A stretch of 64,000 bases of DNA from Owenia fusiformis (Eukaryota): assembly GCA_903813345.2 (NCBI GenBank), contig CAIIXF020000001.1, positions 32,922,001 to 32,986,000 on the forward strand, written 5' to 3'. The position numbers and the translations under genes were made by a program. Below are positions 51,740 through 64,000 of the stretch, piece after piece. The notes under the pieces were generated by a model. It worked only from the letters and a program-made list of their open reading frames with translations, was not told where the DNA came from and did not search any database. Each line of letters begins with the position of its first letter. Within the stretch, counting starts at the first letter, position 1.

Positions 51740-54700
51740 AATGTGACTTCTAGGTCGGGGGTATTCCCTATTGACCCCATGTTATAAAATCACTTAAAGT
51801 AAAATATCGTTTATTGTGTTAGACAGCCACACAATATTTTCTTTTACTGGACATATTTTCAATTGTATAATTATGCGACACATAAGGGTGACACGAAAAA
51901 TGATCCACTTAATCTGATGAATATTCAACTTTAAGGGAACCTTCTTTTATATTACCTGCCATGTTAATTTACCAAAGAGTTTTGCTATTATATAATAAAG
52001 AGTATTTTTGGGAACATAAAATGAATACCCTGTTGGATTACAAAGTTTAGAAAACTGATTTGACTCATTAGAGATATACACAATCATGATTTTTTTTAAG
52101 AATACAATTGATCACACCTTTCCCCCTCCCCAACCCCTGGCTTAGCCAATGCTAATGACAAAACCAAGACATGTTGAATACATATAGAAATCTGAAAATG
52201 CCCATGCTTTAAAACAACTACATGTACATAGTTACAGTATATTTCTGCTATTATAGAAAAGAAACATAAGAAAAATGATATTCAAAAATTTCAAGCCAAT
52301 GACTTTTCTTAGAGTTGGTAATATCAAATAGTTTACAGTGCTTCATTTAAATGTGTTGCATTGTCGGCCATTTTGGTCGGATGGCTAATTAAAGTCAGCC
52401 ATTTTGGTCGGATAGCTAATTAAGTCGGCCATTTTGGTTGAATGGCTAATTACTTTGTTATTGTTATTATTTGCATTGACAGTTGTCATGCCAACTGGTA
52501 AATGATAATTTGAAAATAATTTTACAAATGCTGTTTCCGGATATTAACATTTTTTGCGATTTTTGCTTTATATGATAAAAAGTTTTAGCTAATTTAAAAA
52601 ATGAGAATTTACCATGTGGCATTGATTTCTTAATCTTGGGTCTAATTCCTCTTAGAGCTCATTTAATAAAATCCTGAAAAGTGAAATATCTTGTACTGAA
52701 AAGATGATATTTGACACTCGCTTAATCCAAAGAATAAATAAAATGCATGATGAACTTTTAAAGAAGTCTTATGTCCTTAAACTTCAACTAAAATTAGCAA
52801 GATAAGTGAATTACTAATCTTAAGTTTGATCTTCATAGTGTGAAAATCAAAATAAGCAAGATAAGTAGTTTTCCCAATCAAATAAAAACCTAAGAATCAT
52901 AAATCTTTTCAATGAGTCAGATGTATAAAATAAGCTTGATCGGAGACTATGTTCTCAATAAGTTATACAAGTAACAAAACTTAAAAGGCCGTCAGACTCT
53001 TTGTTATTTTAAGACAAATATAATCAGAGCAATCAGACATCCCAATCAAATTCTTGTCTGTGCTTTTTAACATTTAGTAAAACATTACACAAGGTTTGAT
53101 GCCTGTTTATCTACTATTTCTGCCTTCAATTTTATCTTATATTCAGGCTCTTTGCATCACAAAATTAAAATATTTTTTTATTTTTATAATTATACCATTT
53201 ATTCCAATATTCCAAAGCATTCAAATCTAACTTCAGTCCAGACTTATATTTGATTAACCCCCCCCCCCCCCTCCCTTCCACCAGTACATCAATCTAGATA
53301 TCAGCAAAAACTAAACAAAGACTCAACAGTAAATGTTATTCAATAATGTTTAACTTGCACATAGTTTTGAATTATGCCCAATTCTCCCTTTCGCGATTCG
53401 CTCTTTGAATCAGAACGTTCGCAAATATGTACTGAAAAAGCACTCAAAAAGGACAAAATTTGATTGGTCAATATTTTCGGTGACCCGAAAGTTCTAAATC
53501 AAACTAATTACGCAATTTTGTGTTTACCCCCGCACGCTAAATAAAACAATGACAACATCGGAAGTATTCTTCTTTGTCATTGCTTTAATAGTCAGTATAC
53601 CGAGTTTAATCAATAAAAGATTGTACAATGAACAACAAATTCGGAAACGAGTACTATAGATTTGCTTTCGGACCACTGAACAGATTGACCTAGATAATAG
53701 CGAGGCTTCTTCTTTGGTCTACTGCTCAGTTATTTGTTGGTTTTCAACGTAACTCTATGATGAAATTTGAAGATGAATACTTTTATTCAGTTGTTGCATC
53801 GATGTTGCAGTTTGTAGTGCGGTAAGATTGACATGAAAGTATTGAAAGTCGAATGGAATTGTTTTTTCCAATATGGCGACTAGTCAACTGATCATGTGAC
53901 CTTCTCTTCCGGAATATTTACTCACTTTTCAATCATCGTTTTCACCACGCTATGAATCAATACAATGAAAAAATAGCTGTTATATTAAGATTAATAAGAG
54001 ATCAATCGTTTCTAATAATTTTTTCTGTACCCTCGTACGGGAATATGAACGAATATATCGTTTGAAAAATAGGTGTGAAAATCCCCATGTAAAACCTATG
54101 AGGGTTAAAACAAGGAAGTATAAATTTGTTCCTCCGCGAACTGCATCATGGGAAATAATTTGACCTTATAAGGAACGATTTTCGCCTCTCCTCTTTTGAA
54201 GAGGGAACAGCGATTTCAAGAATTGTCCTAACCTTAGTCTAAACTAATATTTGTTTTAACCCTCCTCCCCCTTTTACCAGTACATCAATCTAGATATCAA
54301 CAAAAACTAAATAAAGACTCAACAGAAACAGAAATAAAGACTTATTTCAATTTCAGTAAATGTTATTCAGTAATGTTTAAGTTGCACACAATTTTGAATG
54401 ATGCCCAATTGTTCAGTCCTAACTTCAATCCAAACTAATGTTTGATTTTGGTTTGATTTGATTCTACCAGAACATTAATCTAGATATCAACATAAACTGA
54501 AATAAAGACTTCAATTTCAGTAAATGTTATTCAGAAGTCTCTGTTTTACTTGCACATAACTATGAATTATGCAAAAGCACTCAGCCCTGACTTCGGTCCA
54601 TGGGCTCTTTTTTTAAGAATACAATTGATAACACCTCCCCCACCCCGTGGCTTAGCCAATGCTAATAACAAGACACAGTAATACATGGTAGAAACGTGAA

Positions 54701-57700
54701 AATGTCTTATATGCTTTAAAACAACTACTAGTTATATATACATCATTATAGACAAGTAATATAAAAAATTTCTAATCAATCTCAATAAGCTGATATTCAA
54801 AAGTTTAAAGTTCTATGACTTTCTTTTGGTAATATCTAATACTTTACATTGCTTCAATTAAATGTGTTGCATTGTCGGCCATTTTGGTCGGATGGCTAAT
54901 TAAAGTCGGCCATTTTGGTCGGATAGCTAATTAAGTCAGCCATTTTGGTTGGTTGGCTAATTACTTTTTTATTGTTATTATTCGCATTGATAGTTGTCAT
55001 ACCAACTGGTAAATGATAACTTGAAAATAATTTTAAAAATGCTGTTTCCAGATAATAAATTTTTTTGCGATTTTTGCTTTATATGATAAAAAGTTTTAGC
55101 TTTTTAAAAAATGAGAATTTACATGTGGCATTGATTTCTTAATCTTGGGTCTAATTCCTCATAGAGCTCATGTTATAAAATCCTGAAAAGTGAAATATCT
55201 TGATAACTACTGAAAAGATGATATTTGACTAATAAGATTTACAAATCTTTAGAGATAGTTTGATGTTCTAGTGTGAAAATCAAAATTAGCAAGATAAGTG
55301 GTTTTCTAAAAATTAGCAAGATAAGTGGTTTTCTAAACCAAACAATTCTTTTCTTTGCTTCTTAACATTTAGTAAAACATTACACAAGGTTTGATGCCTG
55401 TTTTATCTACTATTTCTGCCTCCAATTTTATCTTATATTCAGGCTATTTGCATCACAGAAGACCAAGTGGTCTCTTGTGCATTTAAAAAATTAAATCATT
55501 CTTTCATTTTTATAATTATACCATTTATTCCAATATTCCAAAGCATTCAAACCTAACTTCAGTCCAAACTTATATTTGATTAAACCCCCCTCCCTTCCAC
55601 TAGTACATCAATCTAGATATCAGCAAAAACTAAACAAAGACTCAACAGTAAATGTTATTCAGTAATGTTTAACTTGCACATAGTTTTGAATTATGCCCAA
55701 TTGTCCTAACCTTAGTCTAGACTAATATTTGTTTTAACCCCCCCCCCCCTTTACCAGTTCATCAATCTAGATATCAACAAAAACTAAACAAAGACTCAAC
55801 AGTAAATGTTATTCAGTAATGTTTAACTTGCACATAGTTTTGAATTATGCCCAATTGTCCTAACCTTAGTCTAAACTAATATTTGTTTTAACCCTCCCCC
55901 CCCTTTACCAGTACATCAATCTAGATATCAACAAAAACTAAATAAAGACTCAATAGAAACAGAAATAAAGACTAAACTAATATTTGTTTTAACCCTCCCC
56001 CTTTACCAGTACATCAATCTAGATATCAACAAAAATTAAATAAAGACTCAACAGAAACAGAAATAAAGACTTATTTTAATTTCAGTAAATGTTATTCAGT
56101 AATGTTTAAGTTGCACACAATTTTGAATGATGCCCAATTGTTCAGTCCTAACTTCAATCCAAACTAATGTTTGATTTTGGATTGATTTGATTCTACCAGA
56201 ACATCAATCTAGATATCAACAGAAACTGAAATAAAGACTTCAATTTCAGTAAATGTTATTCAGAAGTCTCTGTTTTACTTGCACATAACTATGAATTATG
56301 CCAAAGCACTCAGCCCTGACATAGGTCCATGGGCTCTTTTCGTAGAGCCCATGTTTAGTCCAGACTAATATTTGGGTTACCCCCCCCCCCTCCTTCAACC
56401 AGTACACCAATATATTAATCAACAGAAACTAAAATTAAGGATTATTTCAGTTTCAGTATAAGTTAAAATTTTATGTGGCTTCTAGGTCAGGGAGATTCCC
56501 CATTGACACCATGTTATAAAATCACATAAAGTGAAATATCTATTCTAGGGTTGGACATATAATATATTCTTTTACATATCTTCAATTGTATAATTATGAT
56601 ACACATAAGGGTTAAATGAAAACTGATATTCAGGTTAAGAGAACCTTCTTATATACCTGCCATGTTAATTGACCCAAGATTTTTGTTACAAAGTACAACA
56701 AAACTGATTTGACTCATTAGAAATATACATGTACACAATTGTGATTTTTTAAGAATACAATTGATAACACCTCCCCCATCCCCTGGCTTAGCCAATGCTA
56801 ATAACAAGACATATTTAATACATGGTAGAAACGTGAAGATGTCTTTTATGCTTTAAAACAACTACTAGTTATATATACGTCATTATAGACAAATAATATA
56901 AAAAATTTCTAATCAATCTCAATAAGCTGATTTTCAAATGTTTAAAGTTCCATGACTTTTCTTTTGGTAATATCTAATAGTTTACATTGCTTCAATTAAA
57001 TGTGTTGCATTGTCGGCCATTTTGGTCGGATGGCTAATTAAAGTCGGCCATTTTGGTCGGATAGCTAATTAAGTCGGCCATTTTGGTTGGATGGCTAATT
57101 ACTTTGTTATTGTTATTATTTGCATTGACAGTTGTCATGCCAACTGGTAAATGATAATTTGAAAATAATTTTATAAATGCTGTTTCCGGATAATAACATT
57201 ATTTGCGATTTTTGCTTTATATGATAAAAAGTTTTAGCTTTTTAAAAAATGAGAATTTACATGTGGCATTGATTTCTTAATCTTGGGTCTAATTCCTCAT
57301 AGAGATCATGTTATAAAATCCTGAATAGTGAAATATCTTGATAACTACTGAAAAGATGATATTTGACTAATAAGATTTACAAATCTTTAGAGAAAGTTTG
57401 ATGTTCTAGTGTGAAAATCAAAATTAGCAAGATAAGTGGTTTTCCAAACCCAACAAAAACCCAGGGGGTTCACTGTAAACTTGGAATCACAAATCTTTCC
57501 AATGAATCAGATGTATGAAAAAAGCTTGATAGTAGACTATGTTCTTTAAAACAGTATACAAATAAGTGATTTAGAGATATTCATAGTGTGAAAATCAAAA
57601 TAACCAAGATAAGTGGTTTTCCCAACCAAACAAAAAACTAAGAATCATAAATTTTTCTACTGAATCAGATGTATAAAATAAGCTTGATCTATGTTCTCTG

Positions 57701-58060
57701 AAAAGTTATATAAGTAACAAAACTTAAAAGGCCATCAGGCTCATTGTTATTTTAAGACAGTTTAATCAGAGAAATCAGACATCCCAATCAAATTCAATTC
57801 TTGTCTGTGCTTCTAAGTAAAACATAATAAAAGGTTTGATGCATGTTTTATCTTACTATTTTCTGCCCACAACTTTATTTTATATTCGAGCAATGTGCGT
57901 TATTGAAGACCAAGAAATCTCTTGTACATTTAGAAATTAAATCGTTTTTTCATTTTATATAACTACAGTTATTACCCCCCCCCCCCCCCCTTCTACCAGT
58001 ACATCAATCTAAATATCAACAGAAACTAAAATAAAGACTTGTTTCCATTTCAGTAAATGT
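51740..58060. repeat. Higher-order tandem duplication: three ~1.7-2.1-kb units with embedded ~100-190-bp sub-repeats
   Basis: TTGTCGGCCATTTTGGTCGGATGGCTAATT at ~52361, ~54872 and ~57010; CCAGTACATCAATCTAGATATCA occurs about ten times. Confidence 0.85.
53384..54220. mobile_element. 837-bp insertion with AATT TSD (Sola1-like signature)
   Basis: Empty site TATGCCCAATTGTCCTAACC is present at ~55692 and ~55845; here AATT is duplicated. Confidence 0.7.
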
Positions 58061-58623
58061 ATTCAGTAGTCTGTACCTTACTTTCATTCTTGTTTAAATC
58101 ATGCCTAAGCATTCAGTCCTTTTCTCCAGACTTATATTTGGGCAACCCCCCTCCCCTCCCCACAGAATCAGAGGTGATAAACCTGTCCAAGATTTTTCAA
58201 GAAAATGCATTGAAGACCCAGTTTTCAAGTGATTTCAGGCAAAACATATAATGTAAACTCCCTGGAATTATAGAAATCTAAAGTCCCTTGGCAAACGAAA
58301 AGCTGGCTGTGCCATACCCTATAATTGGGATGGAGGTGGGGGGGGGGGGGGTGAAAACCCAGGAATTTAAGAAATCTAAAATCCCTTGGCAAAAGAAAAG
58401 CTGGCTATACCCGATCATTGGGATGGAGTTTTCTGCTTGAAAATTTTTAAAAACTGCTGGATAATTTGAAAAACCTGGAGTGAACCAAAATATCACTTCT
58501 GTTTTATGAAATCATATTATTTAAGAATTACTCAAATTGTATTAATTGTCTGAAAAAAGATGTGAATGTTCCCTTTTTACAACAGTGAAACATGAAATTT
58601 CAATGAGGTAAAAAATGTATCCA

Positions 58624-59147
58624 TGGAATAGAAAGTATACATTGTGATCTATCAGTCTCCTATTATGTATATATCAGCTGAATCTTAAGCTGGAATAGAA
58701 AGTATACATTGTGATCTATCAGTCTCCTATTACGTATATATCAGCTGAATCTTAAGCTGGAATAGAAAGTATACATTGTGATCTATCAGTCTCCTATTAT
58801 ATATCAGCTGAATCTTAAGCTGGAATAGAAAGTATACATTGTGATCTATCAGTCTCCTATTACGTATATATCAGCTGAATCTTAAGCTGGAATAGAAAGT
58901 ATACATTGTGATCTATCAGTCTCCTATTATATATCAGCTGAATCTTAAGCTGGAATAGAAAGTATACATTGTGATCTATCAGTCTCCTATTACGTATATA
59001 TCAGCTGAATCTTAAGCTGGAATAGAAAGTATACATTGTGATCTATCAGTCTCCTATTACGTATATATCAGCTGAATCTTAAGCTGGAATAGAAAGTATA
59101 CATTGTGATCTATCAGTCTCCTATTATATATCAGCTGAATCTTAAGC
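58624..59147. repeat. Near-perfect minisatellite, 8 copies of 67 or 63 bp
   Basis: Unit starts at 58624, 58691, 58758, 58821, 58888, 58951, 59018 and 59085. Confidence 0.95.
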
Positions 59148-61669
59148 TGAGTCAGTTTCAATTATAAATTGTTGCATATAGATCCCACAATAAGTATTTT
59201 TAGTTAAGTTATGATTCTATTCTCTTAAGATCATATGTCTCCTGTCTTAAGTTAGAAAAAACAAATATACAAGTAATTGTTTTCACTAAAGAGTGTTGTG
59301 ATAAAAAGCCCTGGGTAAAAACCTAAAGGATTATTAAAGGACTAAAGGATAATTAATTCATGGTCCTGATTATAAGTCTTCTGTTACTCTTAATTCAGTG
59401 GTAGTAATTGCAATGTCTACCTGGTCACTGTCATCAAGGACTCAGACAGGATATGTCTGGTCATGTATGACTGTTATTGTTATGATAGGGATTAAGGTCC
59501 AATAACATAGACATTACATGTATTTCACTTATTTCAATTTCAGTGAATGTTATTCAGAAGCTTTTGTTTTACTTGCACAATCGGCTTTCAATTAGAATTA
59601 TGCCTTATTCAGTCTTTACTTCAGTCGAGACTTATAGTCCCTGAGCCGATTTTTCTAAGAGCTCTAGATAAGGAGTTGATTGCCCAGGTGTCGGCCACAA
59701 AAACCAACTACTGCAGTGTTCTACATATATTGTCTACACTGGGTTATGGTATATTTTTCTGGTAACAGAAACTTTCATTTAGAAAATGAGGATTTAGGCA
59801 AGTGGTATTGACTTAACATGGGGGTACATCCACTATGGACTTATCATAGGGATATCATCATATTCCAAAGCCACCATAGATACCCGCAGAGATATTTGTT
59901 TGGGTAAAGTTTCTATCACCCTGTACCTTTTATACATGCCACATTACCTTTATTGAAGCATTAGACAGTGTTTTATTACTGAAACACCAAAACATTGGGC
60001 CATGCAGATTTTTACTATTGCAGACATTTGCACCCTTTGGGTTTCATCTTATTGTCATTTTTCAAATTTTATGTTCTCTTGCTCATCTAAAGTTCTTCAT
60101 TTTTATCAAAATCAATTGATATCATACTTTGAATGCAGTTATATGGTAAAAAGTAGAAAATATATATCATTAAAAGTTGTTTATATAAGGCAACCTTGTG
60201 TGACCCCATTTTAGAGGCAAAAGCCCCTGTTAGAATTGATTGATCTCCGAAAGGTTAACTTTTACCCCTCTCCAATATAGATGTACAGTAATTACATTGT
60301 GGACATGCATTAACATCAACATTTCTTCAGACATACTTCTACATGTTCTACGGTCATTTCACTGAATTAAAACTCATGATGGTTGCAATTGTAAAAATGT
60401 TCAATGATTGAATGCGACCATTGCAACCATTGCAGATTTCAATGAGTAATGGTTGTAGATGGTTGCATTTAAAAATGCAATGATCACATGTTAATGGTTG
60501 CTTAACCATTGCAAATTGTGAAATTCTAATGGTTACAGCCGATGGTTGCACAATGATTGCATGTCATTTTGCAATGGTTTTTCCTTTGATCTAAATGGTT
60601 GAAGCAATCATTAATCGATGATTGCTTGCGATGGTTTGTTTTCGGAATTTCAAGGTCGGATTTTTTATAAGGGCATTTTCAACTCTGACCAATTTTAGAC
60701 TTGACACTCTTCTTAGAGTTCTTTTTAGCAATGAAAGACCATGGTATTTGATGGTCAGGTTTGACAATGAAATGCTATGAAATACAATCAACCACGAAAT
60801 GCAATGATATGCCATGATAAATGATAGTTATGATTTTGGCAATGAAATACCATGGTATGACCATAGTATTTGATGGTCAGGTTTGACAATAAAATGCCAT
60901 GAAATACCACCAACCATGAAATGCAATGATAAAACCATGATAAATGAGAGTTATGATTTTGGCAATGAAATGACATGGTATGACCATGGTTATTGATTGT
61001 CACACGGTACAATGAAATGCCATGAAATGTCATCAACCATGATATACCATGGTAATACCATGGTAAATGATGGTCAGGTACATAACAATAAAATACCATG
61101 GTATGACCATGGCATTTGATTGTCACATCGTACAATGAAATACCATCAACCATGATATACAATGGTAATACCATGGTAAATGATGGTCAGGAACATGGAT
61201 GGTATGACCATGGTATTTGATCGTCACATCTTATAATGAAATGCCATCAACCATGATATACCATGGTAAATTATAGTCAGGAACATGGCATTGAAATACC
61301 ATGGTATTTGATTGTCACACCTTACAATGAAATGCCATGAAATACAATCAACCATGATATACCATGGTAATACCAAGGTAAATGATGGTCAGGAACATGG
61401 CAATGAAATACCATGGCATTTGATGGTTAACTTTGAACATGAAATACCATGAAACATGGTATAACATGATATACCATGGTATACCATGGTCAAAAATTGA
61501 CCAAAAAAACATCATTGCCACCATGGTCAGAGTTGATGGTAATTTCATGGCCAATCATGATAGACCATGGTAAACCATGGTATACCATGGTATCATGGTT
61601 TACGTTTAAACATGGTAGTTCCCCATTTATGGGCTTTGTTTGATTGATATATACTATGTGCAATGACAT

Positions 61670-62239
61670 CTTAAAATTCAAAATGGCAGCCAATCGTTCT
61701 ATTACTTTTTGAGTTCTATTAAAAACGTAAAATAACACACATATGTAAAATGATGGCCATTTTCAAAACGGCTGCCTTCTAGCCTAAGTGTCACAAAACA
61801 CTGTGCCAAGCTTATGAGTATTCACATATCAAATATGAATAAAATGGCTCTACTACTTTTTAAGTTACAGCAAAAATTCTAAATAGCGTTTAAAGACTGA
61901 CATTTTTCAAGATGACTGCCATGTGCTTATTTAATATCTACATTTCTAGCTGTATTAATGTCCTATATAACTTTTTACATTTAAAACATATTGGTACATA
62001 TTACAGTTTTACATACTGTACCTAAATTACTGTAAAATCAACACCGAAATGGCCACCATTCTTGAAAGAGTGGCCATTTTGAAAACTGACTTTCGAGCAG
62101 AACTTCTACCCCCATAGGGCATATGTGTACAAAATCGGGCCAAGGGTATTTGAGTTATCACCCGGATGAACCGACGTATGTATGGACGGACATACAGAGG
62201 CTTTCCCAATATCCCTTGAATCTTTGTTCGATGGGATAA
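61670..62239 (-). mobile_element. Partial, diverged HINE family B (type a)
   Basis: Same satellite and GTTCGATGGGATAA terminus as the other type a copies. Confidence 0.7.
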
Positions 62240-63142
62240 AAATATACATGGCAATAAACGAAGTCAGTAGTCTATGGGCTGTTTAAGCAATATAATTAGA
62301 GAAATTATTTAAACATACACTGTACTACTTTTTTAAGTACTCAGGTAAGTCGAACTGTAAAGTCGATTCAATTGATAATCTATATCATGATTGATGAAAA
62401 TGGACTTCAGTCATAAGACACAGTCAAACTGCAACTGATTGTTTATTATTTACTGTCACCAGGTCCGTTTAATAGTCTAAGTTACAAAGTTCATGACATG
62501 CAAGAGAATGAGTGCATTACATTTTATGGCATCATTTTATGACAAATTTCATAAACCATAAATTAGATTGCATTAGATATCTATGTACTCAAAATGAGCA
62601 TGTAAATTAAGAAGTTTCAAACTTCACTGTTTTATCTAGTGGTGGGACTCGCCACCAAGATCTCTACTGGAGTAGAATGATAAATTTGACGATCGAGTAG
62701 ACAATTTTAAAAAAATTGAGAAAATTAGAACCTAGAAAATCAAGGCATTTGTCGCTACTAACATCGACTTTTGGTTTCATGACAAACATAAATAAAAAAC
62801 AATGAATACGAATCTCATACTTTATTCTCATCAACTAACCATTAAATCAACAAAAAAATCGGAGGGTAAATCGTGATTTTTGTCAGAAATTTTCAGGATC
62901 AGGTTTTTCAAATTTTAAGTCCATTGATCATTTTCTAGGCTCATTCGAGTTCTAGTCGATTACCCGAGTCACTGGTTAAACCACTTGTTTTATTTTATCG
63001 TTATTAATCCATACAAAAAATAATAAATGAAGTATATCTCCAATCACAAAAGCATTACAGGAGAAAATACTGTACAGGGGTATGTTTTGTTGCACGATCA
63101 AACCTCACTAAAGGGATTTATTGGGTAGGTTATTTAATTCAA

Positions 63143-63996
63143 AACTAGACAACAGTAACGCCAAAGCGTAGCAAATCCCATCGAACAGCCATGGCTGGCA
63201 TTTTTACAAACAAAGTTTATAGCAAAAAATGGCAGCCATTTTTCAAAATGACCACCTTCTACCAAAAGTGTCATAAGACAGTGTGCCATGCTTATAGTAT
63301 CCACATACCAAATATGAAAAAATGGCTAAGCACTTTTCGAGTTATAGTAAAATATAGTTTATAGCAAAAGATGGCAGCCATTTTTCAAAATGGCCACCTT
63401 GTACCAAAAATATCATTAGACAGTGTGCCATGCTTATAGTATTCACATACCAAATATGGACAAAATTGTTCCACTACTTTTTCAGTTATAGTAAAATACA
63501 TTAAAATGGTGGCCATTTTTCAGATGGCCGCCTTCTACCAAAAGTGTCATTAGACAGTGTGCCATGCTTATAGTATTCACATACAAAATATGAACAGTTA
63601 CAGCAAAAATAGTAAAATAGCGAGTAACAGCCACCATTTTTCAAGATGGCTGCCATGTCTTCTTTAAGATCTACATTTCTAGCTTTATTAATGTCCTATA
63701 TATTTTTTTTACATTTAAAACATATTGCAATTACAGTTTTACATATTGTACCTAAATTACTGTAAAATCAGCACTAAAATGGCCACCATTTTTGAATGAG
63801 TGGCCATTTTGAAAATCGGCTTTCGAGCAGAACTTCTACTTCCATAGGGTATATGTGTACAATATATGAACAAAATCGGGCCAATGGTATTTGAGTTATT
63901 GCCCGGACGGACGGACGTACGTACATACAAACGTACATAAGTACATATGGACAGAGGCGTTCCCTATATCCCTCCAAACTTTGTTCGATGGGATAA
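63143..63996 (-). mobile_element. Complete HINE family B (type a)
   Basis: CTAG end, AACGCCAAAGCGTAGC hairpin, ATCCCATCGAAC / GTTCGATGGGAT subTIRs; close relative of 30071-30894. Confidence 0.85.
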
Positions 63997-64000
63997 TTAA

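Larger units (their letters stand above)
50574..60673. mobile_element. 10.1-kb block bounded by 39-bp TIRs (CCC...GGG) with CA dinucleotide flanks; EnSpm/CACTA-like
   Basis: CCCTTATAAAAATTCCGACCTTGAAATTCCGAAAACAAA matches the inverse at 60635-60673 at 38/39; AACCATTG subterminal arrays lie inside both ends. Confidence 0.6.
49646..61622. mobile_element. CCATGG-rich foldback element split into a left (49646-50573) and a right (60674-61622) half
   Basis: Ends TACCATGTTGAAA...TACCATGGTATACCATGG and its inverse; ATTTCATTGC repeats on the left face GCAATGAAAT repeats on the right. Confidence 0.6.

Noticed and set aside
58624..59147. Possible CRISPR array
   Set aside because: Units are head-to-tail and identical, with no unique spacers and no cas genes; the context is eukaryotic.
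60591..61738. Cluster of His/Trp/Met-rich ORFs (also 49553-50710)
   Set aside because: These are by-products of CCATGG and AACCATTG repeats.
1..64000. tRNA, rRNA, intact transposase or viral genes
   Set aside because: None was recognised by eye, and the remaining short ORFs fall in repeats or introns. A covariance-model search (tRNAscan-SE, Infernal/Rfam) would be needed to exclude small ncRNAs.

Overview
AT-rich, intron-containing animal genomic DNA. The repeat landscape of Helentron-associated elements with ~160-bp satellite cores and GTCC/GACA microsatellites suggests a mollusc or bivalve, but that is an inference. Two spliced genes converge. A complete 3-exon TTC32-like TPR gene lies on + (1070-7873, 137 aa). 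The last 11 coding exons of an SLC20/PiT Na+-phosphate transporter lie on - (45986 down to 19813); its N-terminal exons were not found and probably lie beyond 64000. Much of the rest is non-autonomous DNA transposons, often nested two to four levels deep: HINE/Helentron-type elements, TTAA-flanked Kolobok-like palindromes, TAG..CTA Academ-like elements, a P-like element with an 8-bp TSD, CAGGG elements with 5-bp TSDs, piggyBac-like, Tc1/mariner remnants and an L1/Tx1 fragment. The most striking structures are a 10.1-kb CCC...GGG TIR-bounded block carrying higher-order tandem duplications, a stack of palindromic elements starting 12 nt after the TTC32 5' splice site, and shared Helentron termini enclosing interchangeable satellite cassettes. 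No CRISPR, tRNA, rRNA or prokaryotic system was found. Superfamily labels rest on termini and TSD signatures read by eye, not on database searches.
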